From: Octopus sinensis
Taxonomy: Eukaryota
Direction: 5' to 3'
DNA length: 64,000 bases
Assembly: GCF_006345805.1 (NCBI RefSeq)
Contig: NC_042999.1
Coordinates: 22,010,001 to 22,074,000 of the forward strand
Shown here: one piece after another, positions 63,825 to 64,000 of the stretch
Layout of the letters: each line of letters opens with the position of its first letter
Numbering within the stretch: the first letter of the stretch is position 1
Position numbers and translations under genes: made by a program
The notes under the pieces: model-generated
What the model saw: only the letters and a program-made list of their open reading frames with translations
Database searches by the model: none
Told to the model about the DNA's origin: nothing

Positions 63825-64000
63825 TAATAGTGACAGTGGCGGTGGTAGAGTCGACAGGTGGGGGGACGAGGGAATGATGGTGTACGGGATAGTGGTGGTG
63901 GTGGTCGTCGTCGTCGTCGGCGTTGTGGCGGCAGTGGTGGGGAATGGTGAGAATGGTGGGAATGGTGGTGGTTGTAGTGGTGGTGGTGGCTGGTGCTGGT
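63825..64000. repeat. (GGT)n/(GTC)n low-complexity tract, runs off the window
   Basis: Direct reading. Confidence 0.9.

Overview
Eukaryotic, AT-rich, essentially non-genic (intronic or intergenic) DNA made almost entirely of interspersed repeats and microsatellites. The repeat set (tRNA-derived CORE-type and Nin/Deu-type SINEs, R4, RTE and CR1 LINE relics, Tc1, pogo-like, hAT and MULE DNA elements, large TA/CATA/ATT tracts) is typical of an octopod cephalopod genome; this assignment is inferred from repeat style, not checked. No host protein-coding gene can be supported: nearly all track ORFs are microsatellite or SINE read-through, and the only recognisable proteins are decayed transposon proteins. 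The most striking structure is a set of minimal type-I hammerhead ribozyme (HHR) motifs in at least five unrelated short elements. These sit in or next to (TA)n, often with inverted partial copies or a terminal palindrome, which are hallmarks of Penelope-like elements (PLEs). They include an intact core (14904-14938), a recurring non-canonical CUGUNGA core (three copies) and a tRNA-head plus hammerhead composite (9699-9900). Also notable: precise ~183-bp SINE multimers enclosed by one target-site duplication (TSD), a SINE chimera, a 167-bp-arm near-perfect foldback and a headless (AAT)n-associated retroposon. All folding, alignment and coordinates were done by eye.
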